The notes below the pieces were generated by a model. It was given only the letters and a program-made list of their open reading frames with translations. It did no database searches and was not told where the DNA came from. A stretch of 64,000 nucleotides of DNA from a virus (taxonomy: Duplodnaviria; Caudoviricetes), in IMG/VR virus record IMGVR_UViG_3300045015_000053. One strand, 5' to 3'. Position 1 is the first letter of the stretch. Each line of letters begins with the position of its first letter. Positions 1-9,731 of this stretch are shown here, one piece after another. The translations under genes were made by a program, and so were the position numbers.

Positions 1-1
1 G

Positions 2-265
2 TTACGGGAACTACGGACGAACGCGGGCCTCAGCCAGTTCCGATTGGCCGAACTAGCTGGTGTTCCGTTCCGCGAAGCGAGCCGACTGGAACACGGTCGG
101 CCCGTCCCGCCCGAAACGAAGGCCAAACTGCTCGCCTACTTCGGCGTGACCGAGTTCGATGATCCTCCGATGGACGCGCCGGCCGACAACCCGGCGCGTC
201 CATTCCCAGACGATGATGACGACCTCTACCGTTGTCAGTGGCCTTTACCCATTCCGAGGCTGTAA
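2..265 (+). CDS. XRE-family HTH regulator (5' truncated by window edge)
   Basis: Frame from nt 2 reads LRELRTNAGLSQFRLAELAGV..SRLEHG, a typical XRE/Cro HTH pattern. Confidence 0.7.
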   Translation, partial: LRELRTNAGLSQFRLAELAGVPFREASRLEHGRPVPPETKAKLLAYFGVTEFDDPPMDAPADNPARPFPDDDDDLYRCQWPLPIPRL

Positions 266-267
266 AC

Positions 268-468
268 ATGATCGGTGCTTTCATCGGGTTCGTCATCAGT
301 TTGCCGTTCGTGATCGCGGTCGATAGCGTCAGCAACTGGTGGATGCTGTGGGCCGCTCTGATCGGCTTCTTCTTTGAACTCGTCGTCCGGCTCGGCGGCG
401 GGGAAGGATTCGGTGACGCCCTCTTACACTTCGGAGCATGGTCATGGGTCGCAAGCGAGACAACGTGA
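268..468 (+). CDS. small membrane protein
   Basis: ATG 268, two hydrophobic stretches. Confidence 0.45.
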   Translation: MIGAFIGFVISLPFVIAVDSVSNWWMLWAALIGFFFELVVRLGGGEGFGDALLHFGAWSWVASETT

Positions 469-788
469 AAGCTCTCGAAAAGTTCAGCACCGCCGAACTC
501 GAAGGGGAGATCGTCAGACGCAAACAGGGCAGCAGCGAGTGGGGCTATGTCGTCATGACCAATGACGAGGACTATGACGACAAGCGCCCACGATTCGGCA
601 TCGTTAACGTCAAATACTGGCAGAAAAACGAGGGACTCGAAGATCGCTGCCTCGGCCACGACGTTCGTCTCCCTCGCGGGTTTCACGAGTCGCAAGAGTC
701 CCAGTATACATACAGCGGCACTCTGAAGGACGGGAAGACGGCACTTGATAGTGCCGGTTTCAAGTACCTCGGCGAGTGTGACGATTAA
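438..788 (+). CDS. hypothetical protein
   Basis: ORF track, codon usage matches neighbours. Confidence 0.55.
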   Translation: MVMGRKRDNVKALEKFSTAELEGEIVRRKQGSSEWGYVVMTNDEDYDDKRPRFGIVNVKYWQKNEGLEDRCLGHDVRLPRGFHESQESQYTYSGTLKDGKTALDSAGFKYLGECDD

Positions 789-797
789 GGTGCAATC

Positions 798-1004
798 ATG
801 GCAGAAGAACGGAACAAGAAGTGTCCGGCGTGCGGTGGGACGGGAGAACTCGCCACCTCTCACCGCTTTACCTGCTACGAGTGTAACGGCCACGGCAAAG
901 TCACCGACTCCGAACACGCGAGGATCGCCAAGAGCGAGGCCGAAATCGGCCGTGCCTTTGACGCCAGACTGACCGCGAGTGAATACCGACAGATGGGTGG
1001 ATGA
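798..1004 (+). CDS. small DnaJ-type zinc-finger protein
   Basis: CPACGGTG and CYECNGHG (CxxCxGxG x2). Confidence 0.65.
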   Translation: MAEERNKKCPACGGTGELATSHRFTCYECNGHGKVTDSEHARIAKSEAEIGRAFDARLTASEYRQMGG

Positions 1005-1423
1005 TGTTCGCGGTTCTTGTTTCTGACGGCACGCTGGAAAACAAGTGGGGACTGGACATGTTCGCCGTACTCTGTTCGGACGGTGCCATAACCGTCGAAG
1101 ACGTGACCGGAGCCTGCCGCCGCGAGCAGTGGGTTCCTTTGGCAGTCACCCGGCCGCGAGGTCAGCCCGAAGCCAACCCCACCCTTCTGCTGTTCGACAA
1201 CGAGCGAACCGCGCGGAAGTTCGCGATGAAGAACTTCCCGAAGGACTGGCTCGTCTCGGTCGTACAACTCGCCGACGCCGACCACGAGTGGGTGAAAAAC
1301 AGGGGCTGGCTGACGGAGAAAATCGACTATCCACGCACCATGAACTCACACCCGGACTACGAATTGACATACGCCGTCCTCGAATTTAGGAACGTCCCCG
1401 ATGTCGGCATCATCCGAATGTGA
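1001..1423 (+). CDS. hypothetical protein
   Basis: start overlaps previous stop. Confidence 0.55.
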   Translation: MMFAVLVSDGTLENKWGLDMFAVLCSDGAITVEDVTGACRREQWVPLAVTRPRGQPEANPTLLLFDNERTARKFAMKNFPKDWLVSVVQLADADHEWVKNRGWLTEKIDYPRTMNSHPDYELTYAVLEFRNVPDVGIIRM

Positions 1424-2372
1424 CAACGATCTCGATGCCAAAAGCCGAGTGGCCAGAGAGGTTTTCGACCAACTGCCTCTCCGCAAGAAGGTCGAGTTTG
1501 TCCTGCTTTACGGGGAGTGGCAGTACCGCCCCGCAGAGTCAATCGCGGCCGAACTCGGCGTCACGGTGAAAGAGGTCCAGTGGATTCTGGGCGAGTTGGT
1601 GTTCGACGGTATTGCAGTGCTTCACTCTCACAGCGATTCATACAGACACGTTGAGAGGACGAACGTGGAAATGAGCCGCGAAGAGAAGTCGCTCAAAGAA
1701 GCGATGTTGTGGGAGAAAGCTCGGCCAATCGATCCGAACACATTCCTGCCGATAGACGATCTTGCTTCGGGCGAATCCGTACTCGATACGGATCAAGATG
1801 AGATGTGTGAAACCGCAAACGCTGGATTCTCTATGTCAGCGAATCCACGACCGCAAAGACAAAAACATCGCCGACACATGAGGGACTTGGTCATGTTGAC
1901 TGGATACCTGCCGGAAAACCTGATCGTCAAGGCGATCACGGACGCCATGATGCACGCCCGCGAGGTGTCCGAGCGGGAACACATCAAGGCCGACCGCATC
2001 GAGCGTGTCAACCAGTTCATCGTCAGCCTGCGCCGTCAACTCGGCTACATGGACGACAAGTACCGTACCGAACGTGAGTACCTGTCCGCGAAGCTCACGA
2101 ACAAGGAAGTCTGGTACGACATTGGCGTGTTGAACCCGGAACGCATCTGGGGCATCCACGACATGCCGTACACCACCGTTCAGCGGTGGGTTCTCCAAGC
2201 TCAAGCCGGAATTTCTGTCACCGGCAACCTTCAGCAAGCCATTGATGGTAGCCTGATGAACCTGAAGGGTACGATCTTGGTGGCGCAGGGTTGCAACCTT
2301 GTCACCGACCAACTCAACAAGGACGCGGACAAGGTGGTTTCTGAAATGGCGGCAATCGCCGCCAATCTCTAA
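1401..2372 (+). CDS. hypothetical protein with N-terminal winged-HTH-like segment
   Basis: AESIAAELGVTVKEVQWILGEL. Confidence 0.55.
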   Translation: MSASSECDNDLDAKSRVAREVFDQLPLRKKVEFVLLYGEWQYRPAESIAAELGVTVKEVQWILGELVFDGIAVLHSHSDSYRHVERTNVEMSREEKSLKEAMLWEKARPIDPNTFLPIDDLASGESVLDTDQDEMCETANAGFSMSANPRPQRQKHRRHMRDLVMLTGYLPENLIVKAITDAMMHAREVSEREHIKADRIERVNQFIVSLRRQLGYMDDKYRTEREYLSAKLTNKEVWYDIGVLNPERIWGIHDMPYTTVQRWVLQAQAGISVTGNLQQAIDGSLMNLKGTILVAQGCNLVTDQLNKDADKVVSEMAAIAANL

Positions 2373-2386
2373 GAGGACCGAACGTC

Positions 2387-3121
2387 ATGGGCAACGATCC
2401 GCAGACACAACAGCCGACCAACTTCGACCGCTTCTTCGCCGTTCTCGGATTCGATCCGGGGAAGGAAACGGGTCCGAAGGAAGAGGTCAAGGGACTCGGT
2501 CTGTTCGCCGAGGCGATGCGTGAAGTCGTCAAGGAACGCACCGAGGCCAACAAGGTCAAGGCGGTCGCCGCGATCCGTCAGGTGATCGACCTGAAGACCA
2601 AGTGGGACGACGAGGAACGCAAGTTCCTCGTGAGCAAGAACAAGTTCTTCAACGACTTTGGCAAGGTCGTCGCGAAGATCGAAGCCATGTCCCGTGGTGA
2701 AAGCCTCACCAGCATCGAAGCGTCCGAAGCCCGCGAGAAGGAAGGCGTCGAGAACGTCGTGCCACAAACGGCCGGCGCGGAGTTCGACCGCCTGTTCAAG
2801 ACGCTCGGTTTCGATCCGAGCCGCGAGGTCGGGCCGAAGGAAGAGGTCAGTGGTTCCGGCCTGTTCGCCGAGGCGATGAAGGAAGTCGTCAAGGAGCGGA
2901 CGGAGGCGAACAAGGTCAAGGCCGTGGCGGTCATCCGTCAGGTGATCGACCTGAAAGCCAAGTGGGACGAAGAGGAACGCAAGTTCAACTCCGCGAAGAA
3001 GAAGTTCTTCAAGGAGTTCGACAAGGCGCTCAAGCGGATCGAGGGGATGGCTCGCGGGGAGAACCTCGCGAGCGTCGAAGCGAAAGAGAAGGAAGAAGAA
3101 GGCGGCAAGAAGGACGAGTAA
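2387..3121 (+). CDS. protein made of two tandem ~120-aa helical repeats
   Basis: FDR..LGFDP..E.GPKEEV.G.GLFAEAM.EVVKERTEANKVKAVA.IRQVIDLK.KWD twice; nucleotide period 360 (2423 vs 2783). Confidence 0.8.
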   Translation: MGNDPQTQQPTNFDRFFAVLGFDPGKETGPKEEVKGLGLFAEAMREVVKERTEANKVKAVAAIRQVIDLKTKWDDEERKFLVSKNKFFNDFGKVVAKIEAMSRGESLTSIEASEAREKEGVENVVPQTAGAEFDRLFKTLGFDPSREVGPKEEVSGSGLFAEAMKEVVKERTEANKVKAVAVIRQVIDLKAKWDEEERKFNSAKKKFFKEFDKALKRIEGMARGENLASVEAKEKEEEGGKKDE

Positions 3122-4201
3122 TCAGTCCGAATCGGCGATCACGACCCACGCATTGTGGGTCGTGTCCCATTTCGGCAGTTCGGCGATGCCACTCTGTTCG
3201 TAGCCGAAGCTGATCTTGAAGTCGTCCCCGTACCGGCCTTTGGTCTTGGTGTTAACCTTGCCCATGAGCCGGACATTTCTTTTCATGTACTCCGAATACC
3301 CGTAGTTGCTTATGCCATTGTAAAAATCATCGATGTAGTCAGGTACGTCGAGTTCGATCACGCCCTGGCTCCAGCCGTGGTATTGCACCATCGCTCTGTC
3401 GCCGTCCCGCATCAGTTTCGGCCATTTTACATCGGCCATAAACCGTTTCACGAATTGCGGTTTGGTCATCTTTGTTTCGTCGGCCAGATCTTCGTGTACT
3501 TCCGGTGGTTGGAACTCGGCCATCGCCTCTGCCACTTCGGGTTCGCGTAGGAAGTCGATCTTCTGGGCCTTCTCGCCACGCAGTTTGTTGATGGCGTCTT
3601 TCATCTCGTCAACTTTGCCGCCCATCCTCTGAACCCACTCCTTGATCACCTCGGCCATAACCGCCGCGAAGATCTTGTCGGCGATGTTGTCGTAGCCGTT
3701 CGCGAGGCCGGCGACGAACCGCTTGGTCCCTTCCGCCCAAGCCGCACTGCCCACGTCGTCAAAGAGTTCTCCGTCAACCTCGAAGACGGCGTCAATGATC
3801 GCTTCCGTCGTCTCGTCGTCCAGTTCTTCTTTTTCTTTGAGGTGCTTCCGCAGTTCTTCCATGTGCTTGTTGACTTCGAGGACGTAAGCCGCTGTTTTAC
3901 CGGCACGCCACACCTTCGACCCACCCGACACAGCCCCGGATACGATCTTCCAGATACTTGTTGCCGCGCCTACAACGTTGCCCGTCGCCGCACTAGCCGC
4001 CAACCCGGTGACGCCTTTGGCGAGGCTCCAGGCGTCACCTGCGGCACCGGCCACGTCTTTGTTCCTCATCGCGTGTGCGGTCGCCACACTCGAAGTCGAT
4101 GGCTTGCCCAAGATCTTGTCCTTCAAGTCTTTCAGCCTGCCCTCGTCAATGAGCGGATCGCGGTTCTGAACGTATTCGTTGAATGATAGTGGTCACGCCA
4201 T
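3122..4201 (-). CDS. hypothetical protein; likely true start ATG 4201 with in-frame TGA at codon 3
   Basis: GGAGG then ATG GCG TGA CCA CTA TCA TTC AAC GAA TAC in frame with track ORF 3122..4126. Confidence 0.55.
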
Positions 4202-4265
4202 TTAGCCTCCGTTTTTAGTTAGACTTGGTTGGTGAACTTTGCCGACCCGCGACTATAATTTCATC

Positions 4266-4778
4266 ATGAGCAAAGAACAAACAATTCAGCACATCAACCG
4301 CGTCCGCAAGCTGATGAGCCGGGCCGTCTCCAGCCTCGTCGTTCGCGCCGTCAAACACGATGAGAGCAAGCTCAAGTCGCCCGAAGTCGAGATCTTCGAG
4401 GAATACACACCAAAACTTGCCGGAAGCACATACGGCAGCGAAGAATACGAGAGCTTCCGCAAGGCGATGAAACCGGGCCTTGACCATCACTACGCACACA
4501 ATTCTCATCATCCTGAGCATTTCGCCGATGGCGTTCACGGGATGAGTCTTTTGGACCTTTTGGAAATGGTGTGCGACTGGAAGGCCGCGACCGAACGACA
4601 CAACGACGGGGACATCCTCAAGAGCCTCGAAATCAACCAGAAGCGGTTCGGCTACGACGACAATCTGAAGAAGATCTTCTTCAACACCGTCAAGGAACTC
4701 GGTTTTCTGAACGAAGTGCCTACAGAACAACCGAAGCCGAACCCGGATCGTCCGGTATACCCGCGAAAAGAGGGATAA
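4266..4778 (+). CDS. HD-like phage protein (DUF5662-like)
   Basis: HI..V...HDESK...HHY.HN.HHPEH...DLLEMVCDW.AA. Confidence 0.7.
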   Translation: MSKEQTIQHINRVRKLMSRAVSSLVVRAVKHDESKLKSPEVEIFEEYTPKLAGSTYGSEEYESFRKAMKPGLDHHYAHNSHHPEHFADGVHGMSLLDLLEMVCDWKAATERHNDGDILKSLEINQKRFGYDDNLKKIFFNTVKELGFLNEVPTEQPKPNPDRPVYPRKEG

Positions 4779-5158
4779 TGTCAGCCTACGAACTTGCAGA
4801 AACACTCAAAGAGTTGTTACTCGAAGATGGCCGCGAAAATCCCTTCTACATGTCAAGCGACGACAAGGGTGACAGGTACAAAGCGGCCGTTACCGAAGTC
4901 ATCAAAAGACTTCAACACAGATTCGACAAAAACATGCCCAAAGAGGTTGTCACCGTTGGCGATCTCCGCGCCGCGTTGAGCTATTCGGAGGACGAAGAAC
5001 CCGTCGTCTTCGATCTCAAGGAAGACACAGTTTACGGGCAGAAGACCGTTCCGCTCAAATGCAGCGGCGTCGGTTCCAGTGGCGGCGGCAGGATCACGGT
5101 CCTCTGGCTCGACAAGAAAAACTACCCAAAAGACTACCTCCCGAAGAATGATGACTGA
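4778..5158 (+). CDS. hypothetical protein
   Basis: TAATG stop/start overlap. Confidence 0.55.
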   Translation: MSAYELAETLKELLLEDGRENPFYMSSDDKGDRYKAAVTEVIKRLQHRFDKNMPKEVVTVGDLRAALSYSEDEEPVVFDLKEDTVYGQKTVPLKCSGVGSSGGGRITVLWLDKKNYPKDYLPKNDD

Positions 5159-5162
5159 ATCC

Positions 5163-5175
5163 GGTCTATACTGAC
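5163..5175 (+). promoter_or_regulatory. GGTCTATACTGAC motif (copy 1 of 4 exact)
   Basis: exact copies at 5163, 27701, 46378, 51453, each 23-32 nt before a start codon. Confidence 0.6.
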
Positions 5176-5204
5176 CCGGATTCCATACTCAACCAGAGGC
5201 TGTC

Positions 5205-5804
5205 ATGGAAAGCGCCATTTATGGCAAAGGCATGGCCGGCAAGGGAGTTACGCCGTCCATCGCCCTTTGCAATCCGAAGTACGCTCACAACGTGGGTACG
5301 ATTGTCCGCGCCGCTTCTTGTTTCGGAGCGAAGCAAGTTTGGTTTTCCGGCAACCGGGTGTCGCTCGACCCGAAGAAGGGGGAGCGGTTGCCGCGAGAGG
5401 AGCGGATGAAGGGCTACAAGAACGTCGAACTGCGTCAGTACGACTACTTCTTCGACATGTTCGAGAAGGACGTGGTTCCGGTGGCGATTGAGCTTCGCCC
5501 CGGCAGCGAGTTGTTGACGGACTTCGTCCACCCGGAGAAGGCGTTGTACGTCTTCGGGCCGGAAGACGGCAGCATCCCGCAAGTCATGATGCGTCACTGC
5601 CATCGGTTCGTCGTGATCCCCACACACCACTGCGTCAACCTCGCGGCGGCGGTCTACATGATCCTGTACGACCGCATGTTGAAGCGGCACCAGACCGGCG
5701 AGGAACCGATCACCTCGATGGACGAAATCCTGAAAGAGAATCGGGGCTGGTCGTCGCCCGACAACAACGGCGAAACCCGTGACTTGCTGGAAACGATGAA
5801 GTAA
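5205..5804 (+). CDS. SpoU/TrmH-family (SPOUT) RNA 2'-O-methyltransferase
   Basis: NPKYAHNVGTIVRAASCFG; FGPEDGSIP; CVNLAAAVYMILYDR. Confidence 0.85.
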   Translation: MESAIYGKGMAGKGVTPSIALCNPKYAHNVGTIVRAASCFGAKQVWFSGNRVSLDPKKGERLPREERMKGYKNVELRQYDYFFDMFEKDVVPVAIELRPGSELLTDFVHPEKALYVFGPEDGSIPQVMMRHCHRFVVIPTHHCVNLAAAVYMILYDRMLKRHQTGEEPITSMDEILKENRGWSSPDNNGETRDLLETMK

Positions 5805-5808
5805 AAGG

Positions 5809-5838
5809 CTCCCCGTGGCACAAACCACGGGGGGTTTT
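5809..5838 (+). terminator. intrinsic terminator
   Basis: CCCCGTGG-cacaaa-CCACGGGG followed by GGTTTT. Confidence 0.7.
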
Positions 5839-5855
5839 GCTAAAAATGGCCTATA

Positions 5856-6401
5856 GTGACGGTGTTTCCACAAGAAGGGGATGTTGCCGTGAACTATGCT
5901 CGTAAGCTTCTCGCTTGGACGAACCGCTCCGAGAAGCCGTATGCGACTCACTCGGTCGTTTTGGTCGTAGAAGACAACAAGCGGAAAGGCACCTTCGGGC
6001 TGTGCATCAACCGCCCCGCGCCGATCCTGCCGTGTACCTGTGGTCAGTGTCCGGTTCCGCCCGTGCCTCTGTACCTCGGCGGGCCGAAGCATCTTGACAA
6101 CCGATACTTTCTTCTCCATGATCAACCGCTGGCTGCGGACAAGCGTGACCGCGTCATCGAAAAGGTGTACGTCTCATGCCCATACGCTCTGAAGGAACTT
6201 CAGGGTGAAGGCAAGGACCGGGGCAAGATGATCACCGGGTACTTCCACTGGCTTCCCGGCGAACTCGAAGAAGAGGTCGCGATGGGCTGGTGGGAGGTCA
6301 ATGACAAGCCCACGCACGAACAGGTTCTTGTTTCGGAACCGCGCCACGTTTGGGGGAAACTGGTCCCCCTGACCGAACGGATCTATCCGAGTGCGAACTG
6401 A
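5856..6401 (+). CDS. YqgE/AlgH (DUF179)-like protein
   Basis: VVLVVE...GTFGLCINRP; LYLGGP; GYFHW.PGELEEEVAMGWW. Confidence 0.8.
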   Translation: MTVFPQEGDVAVNYARKLLAWTNRSEKPYATHSVVLVVEDNKRKGTFGLCINRPAPILPCTCGQCPVPPVPLYLGGPKHLDNRYFLLHDQPLAADKRDRVIEKVYVSCPYALKELQGEGKDRGKMITGYFHWLPGELEEEVAMGWWEVNDKPTHEQVLVSEPRHVWGKLVPLTERIYPSAN

Positions 6402-7465
6402 TGCTCACCTGTCCCGAATGCGGCGCGGAAATGATTCTCCGCGAGACGACGAAGTACACCTACAAGAACGGCGACCCTCGCAAGTTCTACGGGTGCAGCA
6501 GATGGCCGGATTGTAACGCCACGCACGGCGCACACCCCAACGGTTCGCCGTTGGGTGTTCCGGCCAACAAGGAAACGAAAGACGCTCGAATCGCCGCACA
6601 CGCGGCCTTCGACGGCCACTGGCAGGAACTCGGCCTTCAACGCAACGAGGGCTACCGGCTGCTCAGGGACATCATGGGTATGAGCAAAGAAGAAGCTCAT
6701 ATCGCCAACTTCAACAAGGAACAGTGCCAAACATTGATCGACAAGATCAAGCAACGCAGGGAGAATCCGATGGTCAGGGGCTTCAAAGGCGTCACCTTTT
6801 CTGGCGCGGACTGTGACACCGAGATCGGGACTCTCGTTGAGCTTCAGGGGCGGTTTCCGTACATGGAGGTTGGCGTTCTCTGGTCGCTGACGAAAGCCGG
6901 TACTCCGCGTTACCCACACCGAGATTGGATCGAAAAGGCCACCGAGCGTGGTCTGCGGTTCTCGCTGCACCTGTGCGGCAAGGTCGCGCGGACGATGGTA
7001 GAAGGCACCGAAACACCGGAAATCCCCGGCAAGCCGAAACGCATCCAGATCAACTGTAACGGGATGCGGGGGATGACGGGCTGGTTCCGGGCGTTCCACT
7101 CGATCATCCAAAAGAACACGGAACTGGACAGCGACCTTCAGTTCATCATTCAGGCCGGCGAAGCGGCGGGTGCGTACTGGGTCGGCCGTGCCGAGGGCGA
7201 AGGTCACAACGTCGCGCCGCTGTTCGACAAGAGCGGCGGGCGTGGTGTGGAGACGGACGACTGGCCCGCCCCGCTCGCGGTCAGTTACAACGGGTACGCG
7301 GGCGGCATCGGCCCGGACAACGTGCAGGCGGTCGTGAAGAAGATCGGGACGTTCAAGACCGACTTCTGGATCGACATGGAGTCTCGCATCAGGACGGGGG
7401 ACAAGTTCGACTTGGACAAAGTCGTCCACGTCCTCAATCTCGTGGACACAATGATCGAACGGTGA
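6401..7465 (+). CDS. topoisomerase-type Zn-ribbon/DUF3268-like domain in frame with TrpF-like TIM-barrel phage protein
   Basis: CPECGAEM..FYGCSRWPDC; second half has LFDKSGGRG, GYAGGIGPDNV, WIDMES; internal GGGAG-N6-ATG at 6770. Confidence 0.65.
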   Translation: MLTCPECGAEMILRETTKYTYKNGDPRKFYGCSRWPDCNATHGAHPNGSPLGVPANKETKDARIAAHAAFDGHWQELGLQRNEGYRLLRDIMGMSKEEAHIANFNKEQCQTLIDKIKQRRENPMVRGFKGVTFSGADCDTEIGTLVELQGRFPYMEVGVLWSLTKAGTPRYPHRDWIEKATERGLRFSLHLCGKVARTMVEGTETPEIPGKPKRIQINCNGMRGMTGWFRAFHSIIQKNTELDSDLQFIIQAGEAAGAYWVGRAEGEGHNVAPLFDKSGGRGVETDDWPAPLAVSYNGYAGGIGPDNVQAVVKKIGTFKTDFWIDMESRIRTGDKFDLDKVVHVLNLVDTMIER

Positions 7466-7468
7466 CAA

Positions 7469-7693
7469 ATGACTCTCGAAGAACTGAAAGAAATCGTGAT
7501 CGAGAAGTTCAAGGCGTCTTTGATTCAACGCAATCAGTGGTCAAAGGTGATCATTGATTCCCCAGACGTTTTGCGAGCCGCCATTCTTCAAGAGGACGGG
7601 ATGATTATCGCTTACGGCGACATCATCAAAACGATTGACCCGGATTGGGAACTGGACCCCAATTTCAAAGCATACGAAGTACAAACAGGGTGA
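7469..7693 (+). CDS. hypothetical protein
   Basis: ORF track. Confidence 0.5.
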   Translation: MTLEELKEIVIEKFKASLIQRNQWSKVIIDSPDVLRAAILQEDGMIIAYGDIIKTIDPDWELDPNFKAYEVQTG

Positions 7694-7700
7694 GGAAGTC

Positions 7701-8009
7701 ATGACGCTTCAAGAGATCTATGCGATCATCTGGAAAGAAGGCGTGAATTCGCCTTCTTTGCCGCGAGGGTGGCTTCTTCCGCAAAACCTGAAACCGGCCC
7801 AGATCAACGAACATTTCCCGGTCGATGCTTTGGTCATGGTTATGGCCGATTCTTACGGGGAACGCGATTTCGTTTACCCGAATCTGAGAAAGAGATCGTG
7901 GTGGTTCGGTCGTGTCGAGGCAGCAACAAGTGACAGGAACGTTCGTGTCAGAAGTACGTTTTCGGGAGCAGTTCGTTCGGTTCCGTACAATAAGATCAGG
8001 ATTTACTAA
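7701..8009 (+). CDS. hypothetical protein
   Basis: GAGG-type RBS before ATG 7701. Confidence 0.5.
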   Translation: MTLQEIYAIIWKEGVNSPSLPRGWLLPQNLKPAQINEHFPVDALVMVMADSYGERDFVYPNLRKRSWWFGRVEAATSDRNVRVRSTFSGAVRSVPYNKIRIY

Positions 8010-8010
8010 C

Positions 8011-8448
8011 ATGACCGTCGTCTGCCAGAACCGCAAAGCCCGCTTCGATTATGAGGTTGTCGAAACCGTCGAAGCGGGTATTGTGCTGAAAGGCACGGAA
8101 ATCAAATCCGTGCGAAACCACCGCGTTTCTCTCGACGGAGCGTATGCCAGCGTGGACGCCGGAAACGTTACGCTAGTCGGCTGCAACATCGAGCCGTATT
8201 CGCACGGCAATGTTCACAATCACGAAGCCAAGCGTGACCGACGCCTGTTGCTCAACCGGAGCGAGATCGACAAGATCGCGAGCAAAGCGGCGGTGAGGGG
8301 GTTCACGTTGATCCCGCTGTCGATGTACATCAAGGACGGTCGCGCCAAGATCGAACTGGCCGTCTGTCGCGGTCGGCAGACGCACGACAAGCGGCACGCC
8401 ATCAAGGACCGCGAAGTGAAGAAGGCGATGAAACGGGGAAAATTCTGA
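8011..8448 (+). CDS. smpB: SsrA-binding protein SmpB
   Basis: NRKARFDYEVVETVEAGIVLKGTEIKSVR; RDRRLLLNRSEI; KIELAVCRG..HDKR. Confidence 0.95.
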   Translation: MTVVCQNRKARFDYEVVETVEAGIVLKGTEIKSVRNHRVSLDGAYASVDAGNVTLVGCNIEPYSHGNVHNHEAKRDRRLLLNRSEIDKIASKAAVRGFTLIPLSMYIKDGRAKIELAVCRGRQTHDKRHAIKDREVKKAMKRGKF

Positions 8449-8518
8449 TTTTTCATGCCCGCGCAGGCGGTCGAGGCGACATACCTCTATAGAAGACCGC
8501 TCCCACATGAGGTGTATC

Positions 8519-9001
8519 ATGACGAATCTGGCAAAGCTCCATCAGGCGGCTCGGTTAATCGCCGAGGTCAACGCAACCCTCAACAACACCAGTCGCAAGT
8601 GCGACTGCTGCGGGTTGACGGTCTACGAGAAACCCGACGAGTGGGATCTGAAACAGATGCTCTCGGCCGCGTTGAGCAGAGTCGAAAAGGTCGTCGGCAA
8701 GATGAAAAACAACGACAAAAAAGACCAGCGGGTCACGCCCGCTGCGATGATTCTGGATGTGGACGGGGTCGCCATCGTCAACAAAAAAGATGGCGTCAAC
8801 CCGGATCAAGATCCGGCCAACATGCTGTTGTTCGACCGCTTCGGTGACGGGCGGTGGTACATCGCCTATCTTTCCAAAAAGACTTTGGGGGATAGTTGGG
8901 TTATGGTGACCGTGTATTCCACCGAAAACGGCAAGCGTGTCTCGTGTGATTACGGAGTTTCACCCGAAAACCAACTCACACGCATCCGTAAGGTTTCGTA
9001 A
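8519..9001 (+). CDS. hypothetical protein
   Basis: GAGG RBS, CDCC motif. Confidence 0.5.
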   Translation: MTNLAKLHQAARLIAEVNATLNNTSRKCDCCGLTVYEKPDEWDLKQMLSAALSRVEKVVGKMKNNDKKDQRVTPAAMILDVDGVAIVNKKDGVNPDQDPANMLLFDRFGDGRWYIAYLSKKTLGDSWVMVTVYSTENGKRVSCDYGVSPENQLTRIRKVS

Positions 9002-9094
9002 GAAAAGAAACCCGAAATTCCTATCAACTGCGTGTATTTATAGGAACGGCGGCGCGAATCCCACGCCGCAAACTTTTCCAAGTAAAAGAGGAAT

Positions 9095-9601
9095 ATGGGT
9101 TCCAAACCACACAGCAGGCCGTGGCACAACGGCACAATCGAAGACTGCGAAATCAAAGAGCCGAGGCTCTACAATCGCGAAGAAGTCGATCAGCCGATGC
9201 TCGACATTCGCGAAGAGGCCAACAAAGCTCGCGAGAGCGGGATCATCGGCGAGTCCGGCGCGGAAGCATTCTTCTGCAACACCACCGTCTGCATCAAAGA
9301 GAAGAATGACGCCTTGAAGTTGTCGGGCCTCCAGTGCCACGACGACCTCATCATGGATCTGTTCAAAGAGAAGTGCGAGCAGTACAAACGCGGTCACGAC
9401 CGCATCAAAGACATCCGCGAGGAACAGGTGCAGCAAGAAAAGCTGCTCGAAGCTCTCGCTTTGAAGATCGGTTACGACGCGGTTTCCTTCTCGGAGTACG
9501 GCGTCAAAGTCAGTCGCGGGTTGTTGAAGCAGAACTTCCCCTCGATTTACGACAATCGCGGGCGTAGAATCGAAAACTACGGTGACGGTTGGGATGCCTG
9601 A
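9095..9601 (+). CDS. hypothetical protein
   Basis: GAGG RBS, ORF track. Confidence 0.55.
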   Translation: MGSKPHSRPWHNGTIEDCEIKEPRLYNREEVDQPMLDIREEANKARESGIIGESGAEAFFCNTTVCIKEKNDALKLSGLQCHDDLIMDLFKEKCEQYKRGHDRIKDIREEQVQQEKLLEALALKIGYDAVSFSEYGVKVSRGLLKQNFPSIYDNRGRRIENYGDGWDA

Positions 9602-9610
9602 GATTTTTGG

Positions 9611-9639
9611 TTGACAACGGTGCGAAACTGGCCTACATT
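9611..9639 (+). promoter_or_regulatory. sigma70-type promoter
   Basis: TTGACA-N17-TACATT. Confidence 0.7.
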
Positions 9640-9676
9640 GATTTCATCAGGCCGCAGCACCACCCGTGGGCCGCAA

Positions 9677-9706
9677 CCCCGGAGCGAGCCAAAATTCGCT
9701 CCGGGG
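9677..9706 (+). promoter_or_regulatory. 11-bp GC hairpin in 5' leader of pth2-like gene
   Basis: CCCCGGAGCGA-gccaaaat-TCGCTCCGGGG. Confidence 0.65.
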
Positions 9707-9731
9707 CATTTAACTCAAACTGGATACTACG

